This document shows positions 25,544 through 39,537 of a DNA stretch of 64,000 nucleotides, one piece after another. Both the position numbers and the translations under genes were made by a program. The stretch is taken from contig CM120641.1 of assembly GCA_051362555.1 (NCBI GenBank), positions 23,876,401-23,940,400 on the forward strand. The letters run 5' to 3'. The notes below the pieces were generated by a model. That model ran no database searches. It saw only the letters and a list, made by a program, of their open reading frames with translations, and was not told the DNA's origin. The first letter of the stretch is position 1. Every line of letters starts with the position of its first letter. This DNA comes from Lingula anatina (taxonomy: Eukaryota; Animalia; Brachiopoda).

Positions 25544-28500
25544 GCCAAAATTGAAGAAAACTGCCAAACCCGGACCTTACGAAAATCACTCAAAATCACC
25601 CAAAAATGACCCGTCACAAATTTTTCCAAAAAGTGATGAAAATCAATTTACCACACCTATCATTCATAAAGAATGTGGAAACGCACCCGGATCACTTCAT
25701 TAAAGCCCCCAATTTCAGCTTTAAAGATTGCCAGAAAGCACACCTGAGAACAGGATTTGGAGAGTGGGGGGGGTGGAGAGAGTTTTTGCTCTATTTCTTC
25801 CTTACTAATGATACAACCACTCTTTCAGTACTTTACCCTCACTACAAATGACCAAACACACCTACCTGACACAATATTGAAGAAAAAAATTTTTCATCCC
25901 TACCTGGCGAAAATTGAAGAAAACTGCCAAACCCGGACCTTACGAAAATCACTCAAAATCACCCAAAAATGACCCGTCACAAATTTTTCCAAAAAGTTAT
26001 GAAAATCAATTTACCACACCTATCATTCATAAAAAATGTGGAAACGCACCCGGATCACTTCATTAAAGCCCCCAATTTCAGCTTTAAAGATTGCCAGAAA
26101 GCACACCTGAGAACAGGATTTGGAGAGTGGGGGGGTGGAGAGAGTTTTTGCTCTATTTCTTCCTTACTAATGATACAACCACTCTTTCAGTACTTTACCC
26201 TCACTACAAATGACCAAACACACCTACCTGACACAATATTGAAGAAAAAAATTTTTCATCCCTACCTGGCCAAAATTGAAGAAAACTGCCATATCCGGAC
26301 CTTACGAAAATCACTCAAATTCACCCAAAAATGACCCGTCACCAATTTTTCCAAAAAGTGATGAAAATCAATTTACCACACCTATCATTCATAAAAAATG
26401 TGGAAACGCGCCCGGATCACTACATTAAAGCCCCCAATTTCAGCTTTAAAGATTGCAAGAAAGCACACCTGAGAACAGGATTTGGAGAGGGGGGGGTGGA
26501 GAGAGTTTTTGCTCTATTTCTTCCTTAATAATGATACAACCACTCTTTCAGTACTTTACCCTCACTACAAATGACCAAACACACCTACCTGACACAATAT
26601 TGAAGAAAAAAAATTTTCATCCCTACCTGGCCAAAATTGAAGAAAACTGCCATATCCGGACCTTACGAAAATCACTCAAAATCACCCAAAAATGACCCGT
26701 CACAAATTTTTCCAAAAAGTGATGAAAATCAATTTACCACACCTATCATTCATAAAAAATGTGGAAACGCGCCCAGATCACTTCATTAAAGCCCCCAATT
26801 TCAGCTTTAAAGATTGCCAGAAAGCACACCTGAGAACAGGATTTGGAGAGTGGGGGGGTGGAGAGAGTTTTTGCTCTATTTCTTCCTTACTAATGATACA
26901 ACCACTCTTTCAGTACTTTACCCTCACTACAAATGACCAAACACACCTACCTGACACAATATTGAAGAAAAACATTTTTCATCCCTACCTGGCCAAAATT
27001 GAAGAAAACTGCCATATCCGGACCTTACGAAAATCACTCAAAATCACCCAAAAATGACCCGTCACAAATTTTTCCAAAAAGTTATGAAAATCAATTTACC
27101 ACACCAATCATTCATAAAAAATTTGGAAACGCGCCCGGATCACTTCATTAAAGCCCCCAATTTCAGCTTTAAAGATTGCCAGAAAGCACACCTGAGAACA
27201 GGATTTGGAGAGGGGGGGGGGGGGTGGAAAGAGTTTTTGCTCTATTTCTTCCTTAATAATGATACAACCACTCTTTCAGTACTTTACCCTCACTACAAAT
27301 GACCAAACACACCTACCTGACACAATATTGAAGAAAAAAATTTTTCATCCCTACCTGGCCAAAATTGAAGAAAACTGCCATATCCGGACCTTACAAAAAT
27401 CACTCAAAATCACCCAAAAATGACCCGTCACCAATTTTTCCAAAAAGTGATGAAAATCAATTTACCACACCTATCATTCATAAAAAATGTGGAAACGCAC
27501 CCGGATCACTTCATTAAAGCCCCCAATTTCAGCTTTAAAGATTGCCAGAAAGCACACCTGAGAACAGGATTTGGAGAGTGGGGGGGTGGAGAGAGTTTTT
27601 GCTCTATTTCTTCCTTACTAATGATACAACCACTCTTTCAGTACTTTACCCTCACTACAAATGACCAAACACACCTACCTGACACAATATTGAAGAAAAA
27701 AAATTTTCATCCCTACCTGGCCAAAATTGAAGAAAACTGCCATATCCGTACCTTACGAAAATCACTCAAATTCAACCAAAAATGACCCGTCACCAATTTT
27801 TCCAAAAAGTGATGAAAATCAATTTACCACACCTATCATTCATAAAAAATGTGGAAACGCGCCCGGATCACTACATTAAAGCCCCCAATTTCAGCTTTAA
27901 AGATTGCAAAAAAGCACACCTGAGAACAGGATTTGGAGAGGGGGGGGTGGAGAGAGTTTTTGCTCTATTTCTTCCTTAATAATGATACAACCACTCTTTC
28001 AGTACTTTACCCTCACTACAAATGACCAAACACACCTACCTGACACAATATTGAAGAAAAAAAATTTTCATCCCTACCTGGCCAAAATTGAAGAAAACTG
28101 CCATATCCGGACCTTACGAAAATCACTCAAAATCAACCAAAAATGACCCGTCACCAATTTTTCCAAAAAGTGATGAAAATCAATTTACCACACCTATAAT
28201 TCATAAAAAATGTGGAAACGTGCCCAGATAACTTCATTAAAGCCCCCAATTTCAGCTTTAAAGATTGCCAGAAAGCACACCTGAGAACAGGATTTGGAGA
28301 GGGGGGGGGTGGAGAAAGATTTTGCTCTATTTCTTCCTTAATAATGATACAACCACTCTTTCAGTACCTTACCCTCACTACAAATGACCAAACACACCTA
28401 CCTGACACAATATTGAAGAAAAAAATTTTTCATCCCTACCTGGCCAAAATTGAAGAAAACTGCCAAACCCGGACCTTACGAAAATCACTCAAAATCACCC

Positions 28501-31500
28501 AAAAATGACCCGTCACAAATTTTTCCAAAAAGTTATGAAAATCAATTAACCACACCTATCATTCATAAAAAATGTGGAAACGCGCCCGGATCACTACATT
28601 AAAGCCCCCAATTTCAGCTTTAAAGATTGCAAGAAAGCACACCTGAGAACAGGATTTGGAGAGGGGGGGGGTGGAGAGAGTTTTTGCTCTATTTCTTCCT
28701 TAATAATGATACAACCACTCTTTCAGTACTTTACCCTCACTACAAATGACCAAACACACCTACCTGACACAATATTGAAGAAAAAAAATTTTCATCCCTA
28801 CCTGGCCAAAATTGAAGAAAACTGCCATATCCGGACCTTACAAAAATCACTCAAAATCACCCAAAAATGACCCGTCACCAATTTTTCCAAAAAGTGATGA
28901 AAATCAATTTACCACACCTATCATTCATAAAAAATGTGGAAACGTGCCCAGATAACTTCATTAAAGCCCCAATTTCAGCTTTAAAGATTGCCAGAAAGCA
29001 CACCTGAGAACAGGATTTGGAGAGGGGGGGGGGTGGAGAAAGATTTTGCTCTATTTCTTCCTTAATAATGATACAACCACTCTTTCAGTACCTTACCCTC
29101 ACTACAAATGACCAAACACACCTACCTGACACAATATTGAAGAAAAAAATTTTTCATCCCTACCTGGCCAAAATTGAAGAAAACTGCCAAACCCGGACCT
29201 TACGAAAATCACTCAAAATCAGCCAAAAATGACCCGTCACAAATTTTTCCAAAAAGTTATGAAAATCAATTAACCACACCTATCATTCATAAAAAATGTG
29301 GAAACGCGCCCGGATCACTACATTAAAGCCCCCAATTTCAGCTTTAAAGATTGCAAGAAAGCACACCTGAGAACAGGATTTGGAGAGGGGGTGGTGGAGA
29401 GAGTTTTTGCTCTATTTCTTCCTTAATAATGATACAACCACTCTTTCAGTACTTTACCCTCACTACAAATGACCAAACACACCTACCTGACACAATATTG
29501 AAGAAAAAAAATTTTCATCCCTACCTGGCCAAAATTGAAGAAAACTGCCATATCCGGACCTTACGAAAATCACTCAAAATCACCCAAAAATGACCCGTCA
29601 CAAATTTTTCCAAAAAGTTATGAAAATCAATTTACCACACCTATCATTCATAAAAAATGTGGAAACGCGCCTGGATCACTTCATTAAAGCCCCCAATTTC
29701 AGCTTTAAAGATTGCCAGAAAGCACACCTGAGAACAGGATTTGGAGAGGGGGGGGGTGGAGAGAGTTTTTGCTCTATTTCTTCCTTAATAAAGATACAAC
29801 CACTCTTTCAGTACTTTACCCTCACTACAAATGACCAAACACACCTACCTGACACAATATTGAAGAAAAAAAATTTTCATCCCTACCTGGCCAAAATTGA
29901 AGAAAACTGCCATATCCGGACCTTACAAAAATCACTCAAAATCACCCAAAAATGACCCGTCACCAATTTTTCCAAAAAGTGATGAAAATCAATTTACCAC
30001 ACCTATCATTCATAAAAAATGTGGAAACGCACCCGGATCACTTCATTAAAGCCCCCAATTTCAGCTTTAAAGATTGCCAGAAAGCACACCTGAGAACAGG
30101 ATTTGGAGAGTGGGGGGGTGGAGAGAGTTTTTGCTCTATTTCTTCCTTACTAATGATACAACCACTCTTTCAGTACTTTACCCTCACTACAAATGACCAA
30201 ACACACCTACCTGACACAATATTGAAGAAAAAAAATTTTCATCCCTACCTGGCCAAAATTGAAGAAAACTGCCATATCCGGACCTTACGAAAATCACTCA
30301 AATTCACCCAAAAATGACCCGTCACCAATTTTTCCAAAAAGTGATGAAAATCAATTTACCACACCTATCATTCATAAAAAATGTGGAAACGCGCCCGGAT
30401 CACTACATTAAAGCCCCCAATTTCAGCTTTAAAGATTGCAAGAAAGCACACCTGAGAACAGGATTTGGAGAGGGGGGGTGGAGAGAGTTTTTGCTCTATT
30501 TCTTCCTTAATAATGATACAACCACTCTTTCAGTACTTTACCCTCACTACAAATGACCAAACACACCTACCTGACACAATATTGAAGAAAAAAAATTTTC
30601 ATCCCTACCTGGCCAAAATTGAAGAAAACTGCCATATCCGGACCTTACGAAAATCACTCAAAATCACCCAAAAATGACCCGTCACAAATTTTTCCAAAAA
30701 GTGATGAAAATCAATTTACCACACCTATCATTCATAAAAAATGTGGAAACGCGCCCGGATCACTTCATTAAAGCCCCCAATTTCAGCTTTAAAGATTGCC
30801 AGAAAGCACACCTGAGAACAGGATTTGGAGAGTGGGGGGGTGGAGAGAGTTTTTGCTCTATTTCTTCCTTACTAATGATACAACCACTCTTTCAGTACTT
30901 TACCCTCACTACAAATGACCAAACACACCTACCTGACACAATATTGAAGAAAAACATTTTTCATCCCTACCTGGCCAAAATTGAAGAAAACTGCCATATC
31001 CGGACCTTACGAAAATCACTCAAAATCAACCAAAAATGACCCGTCACCAATTTTTCCAAAAAGTGATGAAAATCAATTTACCACACCTATCATTCATAAA
31101 AAATGTGGAAACTTGCCCAGATAACTTCATTAAAGCCCCCAATTTCAGCTTTAAAGATTGCCAGAAAGCACACCTGAGAACAGGATTTGGAGAGGGGGGG
31201 GGGTGGAGAAAGATTTTGCTCTATTTCTTCCTTAATAATGATACAACCACTCTTTCAGTACCTTACCCTCACTACAAATGACCAAACACACCTACCTGAC
31301 ACAATATTGAAGAAAAAAATTTTTCATCCCTACCTGGCCAAAATTGAAGAAAACTGCCATATCCGGACCTTACGAAAATCACTCAAATTCACCCAAAAAT
31401 GACCCGTCACCAATTTTTCCAAAAAGTGATGAAAATCAATTTACCACACCTATCATTCATAAAAAATGTGGAAACGCGCCCGGATCACTACATTAAAGCC

Positions 31501-34500
31501 CCCAATTTCAGCTTTAAAGATTGCAAGAAAGCACACCTGAGAACAGGATTTGGAGAGGGGGGGGGTGGAGAGAGTTTTTGCTCTATTTCTTCCTTAATAA
31601 TGATACAACCACTCTTTCAGTACTTTACCCTCACTACAAATGACCAAACACACCTACCTGACACAATATTGAAGAAAAAAAATTTTCATCCCTACCTGGC
31701 CAAAATTGAAGAAAACTGCCATATCCGGACCTTACAAAAATCACTCAAAATCACCCAAAAATGACCCGTCACCAATTTTTCCAAAAAGTGATGAAAATCA
31801 ATTTACCACACCTATCATTCATAAAAAATGTGGAAACGCACCCGGATCACTTCATTAAAGCCCCCAATTTCAGCTTTAAAGATTGCCAGAAAGCACACCT
31901 GAGAACAGGATTTGGAGAGTGGGGGGGTGGAGAGAGTTTTTGCTCTATTTCTTCCTTACTAATGATACAACCACTCTTTCAGTACTTTACCCTCACTACA
32001 AATGACCAAACACACCTACCTGACACAATATTGAAGAAAAAAATTTTTCATCCCTACCTGGCCAAAATTGAAGAAAACTGCCATATCCGGACCTTACGAA
32101 AATCACTCAAAATCACCCAAAAATGACCCGTCACCAATTTTTCCAAAAAGTGATGAAAATCAATTTACCACACCTATCATTCATAAAAAATGTGGAAACG
32201 CGCCCGGATCACTACATTAAAGCCCCCAATTTCAGCTTTAAAGATTGCAAGAAAGCACACCTGAGAACAGGATTTGGAGAGGGGGGGGTGGAGAGAGTTT
32301 TTGCTCTATTTCTTCCTTAATAATGATACAACCACTCTTTCAGTACTTTACCCTCACTACAAATGACCAAACACACCTACCTGACACAATATTGAAGAAA
32401 AAAAATTTTCATCCCTACCTGGCCAAAATTGAAGAAAACTGCCATATCTGGACCTTACGAAAATCACTCAAAATCACCCAAAAATGACCCGTCACAAATT
32501 TTTCCAAAAAGTTATGAAAATCAATTTACCACACCTATCATTCATAAAAAATGTGGAAACGCGCCCGGATCACTACATTAAAGCCCCCAATTTCAGCTTT
32601 AAAGATTGCAAGAAAGCACACCTGAGAACAGGATTTGGAGAGGGGGGGGGGGTGGAGAGAGTTTTTGCTCTATTTCTTCCTTAATAATGATACAACCACT
32701 CTTTCAGTACTTTACCCTCACTACAAATGACCAAACACACCTACCTGACACAATATTGAAGAAAAAAAATTTTCATCCCTACCTGGCCAAAATTGAAGAA
32801 AACTGCCATATCCGGACCTTACAAAAATCACTCAAAATCACCCAAAAATGACCCGTCACCAATTTTTCCAAAAAGTGATGAAAATCAATTTACCACACCT
32901 ATCATTCATTAAAAATGTGGAAACGCACCCGGATCACTTCATTAAAGCCCCCAATTTCAGCTTTAAAGATTGCCAGAAAGCACACCTGAGAACAGGATTT
33001 GGAGAGTGGGGGGATGGAGAGAGTTTTTGCTCTATTTCTTCCTTACTAATGATACAACCACTCTTACAGTACTTTACCCTCACTACAAATGACCAAACAC
33101 ACCTACCTGACACAATATTGAAGAAAAAAATTTTTCATCCCTACCTGGCCAAAATTGAAGAAAACTGCCATATCCGGACCTTACGAAAATCACTCAAATT
33201 CACCCAAAAATGACCCGTCACCAATTTTTCCAAAAAGTGATGAAAATCAATTTACCACACCTATCATTCATAAAAAATGTGGAAACGCGCCCGGATCACT
33301 ACATTAAAGCCCCCAATTTCAGCTTTAAAGATTGCAAGAAAGCACACCTGAGAACAGGATTTGGAGGGGGGGGGGTGGAGAGAGTTTTTGCTCTATTTCT
33401 TCCTTAATAATGATACAACCACTCTTTCAGTACTTTACCCTCACTACAAATGACCAAACACACCTACCTGACACAATATTGAAGAAAAAAATTTTTCATC
33501 CCTACCTGGCCAAAATTGAAGAAAACTGCCATATCCGGACCTTACGAAAATCACTCAAAATCACCCAAAAATGACCCGTCACAAATATTTCCAAAAAGTG
33601 ATGAAAATCAATTTACCACACCTATCATTCATAAAAAATGTGGAAACGCGCCCGGATCACTTCATTAAAGCCCCCAATTTCAGCTTTAAAGATTGCCAGA
33701 AAGCACACCTGAGAACAGGATTTGGAGAGTGGGGGGGTGGAGAGAGTTTTTGCTCTATTTCTTCCTTACTAATGATACAACCACTCTTTCAGTACTTTAC
33801 CCTCACTACAAATGACCAAACACACCTACCTGACACAATATTGAAGAAAAACATTTTTCATCCCTACCTGGCCAAAATTGAAGAAAACTGCCATATCCGG
33901 ACGTTACGAAAATCACTCAAAATCACCCAAAAATGACCCGTCACAAATTTTTCCAAAAAGTTATGAAAATCAATTTACCACACCTATCATTCATAAAAAA
34001 TGTGGAAACGCGCCCGGATCACTTTATTAAAGCCCCCAATTTCAGCTTTAAAGATTGCCAGAAAGCACACCTGAGAACAGGATTTGGAGAGGGGGGGGGT
34101 GGAGAGAGTTTTTGCTCTATTTCTTCCTTAATAAAGATACAACCACTCTTTCAGTACTTTACCCTCACTACAAATGACCAAACACACCTACCTGACACAA
34201 TATTGAAGAAAAAAAATTTTCATCCCTACCTGGCCAAAATTGAAGAAAACTGCCATATCCGGACCTTACAAAAATCACTCAAAATCACCCAAAAATGACC
34301 CGTCACCAATTTTTCCAAAAAGTGATGAAAATCAATTTACCACACCTATCATTCATAAAAAATGTGGAAACGCACCCGGATCACTTCATTAAAGCCCCCA
34401 ATTTCAGCTTTAAAGATTGCCAGAAAGCACACCTGAGAACAGGATTTGGAGAGTGGGGGGGTGGAGAGAGTTTTTGCTCTATTTCTTCCTTACTAATGAT

Positions 34501-37500
34501 ACAACCACTCTTTCAGTACTTTACCCTCACTACAAATGACCAAACACACCTACCTGACACAATACTGAAGAAAAAAAATTTTCATCCCTACCTGGCCAAA
34601 ATTGAAGAAAACTGCCATATCCGGACCTTACGAAAATCACTCAAATTCACCCAAAAATGACCCGTCACCAATTTTTCCAAAAAGTGATGAAAATCAATTT
34701 ACCACACCTATCATTCATAAAAAATGTGGAAACGCGCCCGGATCACTACATTAAAGCCCCCAATTTCAGCTTTAAAGATTGCAAGAAAGCACACCTGAGA
34801 ACAGGATTTGGAGAGGGGGGGTGGAGAGAGTTTTTGCTCTATTTCTTCCTTAATAATGATACAACCACTCTTTCAGTACTTTACCCTCACTACAAATGAC
34901 CAAACACACCTACCTGACACAATATTGAAGAAAAAAAATTTTCATCCCTACCTGGCCAAAATTGAAGAAAACTGCCATATCCGGACCTTACGAAAATCAC
35001 TCAAAATCACCCAAAAATGACCCGTCACCAATTTTTCCAAAAAGTGATGAAAATCAATTTACCACACCTATCATTTATAAAAAATGTGGAAACGTGCCCA
35101 GATAACTTCATTAAAGCCCCCAATTTCAGCTTTAAAGATTGCCAGAAAGCACACCTGAGAACAGGATTTGGAGAGGGGGGGGGTGGAGAAAGATTTTGCT
35201 CTATTTCTTCCTTAATAATGATACAACCACTCTTTCAGTACCTTACCCTCACTACAAATGACCAAACACACCTACCTGACACAATATTGAAGAAAAAAAA
35301 TTTTCATCCCTACCTGGCCAAAATTGAAGAAAACTGCCAAACCCGGACCTTACGAAAATCACTCAAAATCACCCAAAAATGACCCGTCACAAATTTTTCC
35401 AAAAAGTTATGAAAATCAATTAACCACACCTATCATTCATAAAAAATGTGGAAACGCGCCCGGATCACTACATTAAAGCCCCCAATTTCAGCTTTAAAGA
35501 TTGCAAGAAAGCACACCTGAGAACAGGATTTGGAGAGGGGGGGGTGGAGAGAGTTTTTGCTCTATTTCTTCCTTAATAATGATACAACCACTCTTTCAGT
35601 ACTTTACCCTCACTACAAATGACCAAACACACCTACCTGACACAATATTGAAGAAAAAAAATTTTCATCCCTACCTGGCCAAAATTGAAGAAAACTGCCA
35701 TATCCGGACCTTACGAAAATCACTCAAAATCACCCAAAAATGACCCGTCACAAATTTTTCCAAAAAGTGATGAAAATCAATTTACCACACCTATCATTCA
35801 TAAAAAATGTGGAAACGCGCCCGGATCACTTCATTAAAGCCCCCAATTTCAGCTTTAAAGATTGCCAGAAAGCACACCTGAGAACAGGATTTGGAGAGTG
35901 GGGGGGGGGGTGGAGAGAGTTTTTGCTCTATTTCTTCCTTACTAATGATACAACCACTCTTTCAGTACTTTACCCTCACTACAAATGACCAAACACACCT
36001 ACCTGACACAATATTGAAGAAAAACATTTTTCATCCCTACCTGGCCAAAATTGAAGAAAACTGCCATATCCGGACCTTACGAAAATCACTCAAAATCAAC
36101 CAAAAATGACCCGTCACCAATTTTTCCAAAAAGTGATGAAAATCAATTTACCACACCTATCATTCATAAAAAATGTGGAAACGCGCCCGGATCACTACAT
36201 TAAAGCCCCCAATTTCAGCTTTAAAGATTGCAAGAAAGCACACCTGAGAACAGGATTTGGAGAGGGGGGGGTGGAGAGAGTTTTTGCTCTATTTCTTCCT
36301 TAATAATGATACAACCACTCTTTCAGTACTTTACCCTCACTACAAATGACCAAACACACCTACCTGACACAATATTGAAGAAAAATATTTTTCATCCCTA
36401 CCTGGCCAAAATTGAAGAAAACTGCCATATCCGGACCTTACGAAAATCACTCAAAATCACCCAAAAATGACCCGTGACAAATTTTTCCAAAAAGTTATGA
36501 AAATCAATTTACCACACCTATCATTCATAAAAAATGTGGAAACGCGCCCGGATCCCTTCATTAAAGCCCCCAATTTCAGCTTTAAAGATTGCCAGAAAGC
36601 ACACCTGAGAACAGGATTTGGAGAGGGGGGGGTGGAGAGAGTTTTTGCTCTATTTCTTCCTTAATAATGATACAACCACTCTTTCAGTACTTTACCCTCA
36701 CTACAAATGACCAAACACACCTACCTGACACAATGTTGAAGAAAAAAATTTTTCATCCCTACCTGGCCAAAATTGAAGAAAACTGCCATATCCGGACCTT
36801 ACGAAAATCACTCAAAATCACCCAAAAATGACCCGTGACAAATTTTTCCAAAAAGTTATGAAAATCAATTTACCACACCTATCATTCATAAAAAATGTGG
36901 AAACGCGCCCGGATCACTTCATTAAAGCCCCCAATTTCAGCTTTAAAGATTGCAAGAAAGCACACCTGAGAACAGGATTTGGAGAGGGGGGGGGGTGGAG
37001 AGAGTTTTTGCTCTATTTCTTCCTTAATAATGATACAACCACTCTTTCAGTACTTTACCCTCACTACAAATGACCAAACACACCTACCTGACACAATATT
37101 GAAGAAAAAAAATTTTCATCCCTACCTGGCCAAAATTGAAGAAAACTGCCATATCCAGACCTTACGAAAATCACTCAAAATCACCCAAAAATGACCCGTC
37201 ACAAATTTTTCCAAAAAGTGATGAAAATCAATTTACCACACCTATCATTCATAAAAAATGTGGAAACGCGCCCGGATCACTACATTAAAGCCTCCAATTT
37301 CAGCTTTAAAGATTGCAAGAAAGCACACCTGAGAACAGGATATGGAGAGGGGGGGGTGGAGAAAGATTTTGCTCTATTTCTTCCTTAATAATGATACAAC
37401 CACTCTTTCAGTACCTTACCCTCACTACAAATGACCAAACACACCTACCTGACACAATATTGAAGAAAAAAATTTTTCATCCCTACCTGGCCAAAATTGA

Positions 37501-37896
37501 AGAAAACTGCCAAACCCGGACCTTACGAAAATCACTCAAAATCACCCAAAAATGACCCGTCACAAATTTTTCCAAAATGAAAATCAATTTACCATACCTA
37601 TCATTCATAAAAAATGTGGAAATGCGCCCGGATCACTACATTAAAGCCCCCAATTTCAGCTTTAAAGATTGCCAGAAAGCACACCTGAGAACAGGATTTG
37701 GAGGGGGGGGGTGGAGAGAGTTTTTGCTCTATTTCTTCCTTAATAATGATACAACCACTCTTTCAGTACTTTACCCTCACTACAAATGACCAAACACACC
37801 TACCTGATACAATGTTGAAGAAAAAAAATTTTCATCCCTACCTGGCCAAAATTGAAGAAAACTGCCATATCCGGACCTTACGAAAATCACTCAAAA

Positions 37897-38114
37897 CAGG
37901 ATTTGGAGAGGGGGGGGGGTGGAGAAAGATTTTGCTCTATTTCTTCCTTAATAATGATACAACCACTCTTTCAGTACCTTACCCTCACTACAAATGACCA
38001 AACACACCTACCTGACACAATATTGAAGAAAAAAAATTTTCATCCCTACCTGGCCAAAATTGAAGAAAACTGCCAAACCCGGACCTTACGAAAATCACTC
38101 AAAATCACCCAAAA
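37897..38114 (+). repeat. Truncated monomer following a 155-bp deletion (junction CTCAAAA|CAGGATTTGG at ~37896)
   Basis: ATGACC-to-ATGACC distance from 37552 to 38115 is 563 bp for two monomers. The TCACCCAAAAATGACC...CTGAGAA segment is missing. Confidence 0.95.
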
Positions 38115-39453
38115 ATGACCCGTCACCAATTTTTCCAAAAAGTGATGAAAATCAATTTACCACACCTATCATTCATAAAAAATGTGGAAACGTGCCCAGA
38201 TAACTTCATTAAAGCCCCCAATTTCAGCTTTAAAGATTGCCAGAAAGCACACCTGAGAACAGGATTTGGAGAGGGGGGGGTGGAGAGAGTTTTTGCTCTA
38301 TTTCTTCCTTAATAATGATACAACCACTCTTTCAGTACTTTACCCTCACTACAAATGACCAAACACACCTACCTGATACAATGTTGAAGAAAAAAAATTT
38401 TCATCCCTACCTGGCCAAAATTGAAGAAAACTGCCATATCCGGACCTTACGAAAATCACTCAAAATCAACCAAAAATGACCCGTCACCAATTTTTCCAAA
38501 AAGTGATGAAAATCAATTTACCACACCTATCATTCATAAAAAATGTGGAAAAGTGCCCAGATCACTACATTAAAGCCCCCAATTTCAGCTTTAAAGATTG
38601 CCAGAAAGCACACCTGAGAACAGGATTTGGAGAGGGGGGGGGGTGGAGAAAGATTTTGCTCTATTTCTTCCTTAATAATGATACAACCACTCTTTCAGTA
38701 CCTTACCCTCACTACAAATGACCAAACACACCTACCTGACACAATATTGAAGAAAAAAAATTTTCATCCCTACCTGGCCAAAATTGAAGAAAACTGCCAT
38801 ATCCGGACCTTACGAAAATCACTCAAATTCACCCAAAAATGACCCGTCACCAATTTTTCCAAAAAGTGATGAAAATCAATTTACCACACCTATCATTCAT
38901 AAAAAATGTGGAAACGCGCCCGGATCACTACATTAAAGCCCCCAATTTCAGCTTTAAAGATTGCAAGAAAGCACACCTGAGAACAGGATTTGGAGAGGGG
39001 GGGTGGAGAGAGTTTTTGCTCTATTTCTTCCTTAATAATGATACAACCACTCTTTCAGTACTTTACCCTCACTACAAATGACCAAACACACCTACCTGAC
39101 ACAATATTGAAGAAAAAAAATTTTCATCCCTACCTGGCCAAAATTGAAGAAAACTGCCATATCCGGACCTTACGAAAATCACTCAAAATCAACCAAAAAT
39201 GACCCGTCACCAATTTTTCCAAAAAGTGATGAAAATCAATTTACCACACCTATCATTCATAAAAAATGTGGAAACGTGTCCAGATAACTTCATTAAAGCC
39301 CCCAATTTCAGCTTTAAAGATTGCCAGAAAGCACACCTGAGAACAGGATTTGGAGAGGGGGGGGGGTGGAGAAAGATTTTGCTCTATTTCTTCCTTAATA
39401 ATGATACAACCACTCTTTCAGTACCTTACCCTCACTACAAATGACCAAACACA

Positions 39454-39537
39454 CCTACCTGACACAATATTGAAGAAAAAAATTTTTCATCCCTACCTGA
39501 CACAATATTGAAGGAAAAAATTTTTCATCCCTACCTG
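39454..39537 (+). repeat. 38-bp tandem duplication inside a monomer (copy 2 of 4)
   Basis: CCTACCTG occurs at 39454, 39492 and 39530. The second unit carries an A>G change (GAAGGAAA). Confidence 0.95.
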
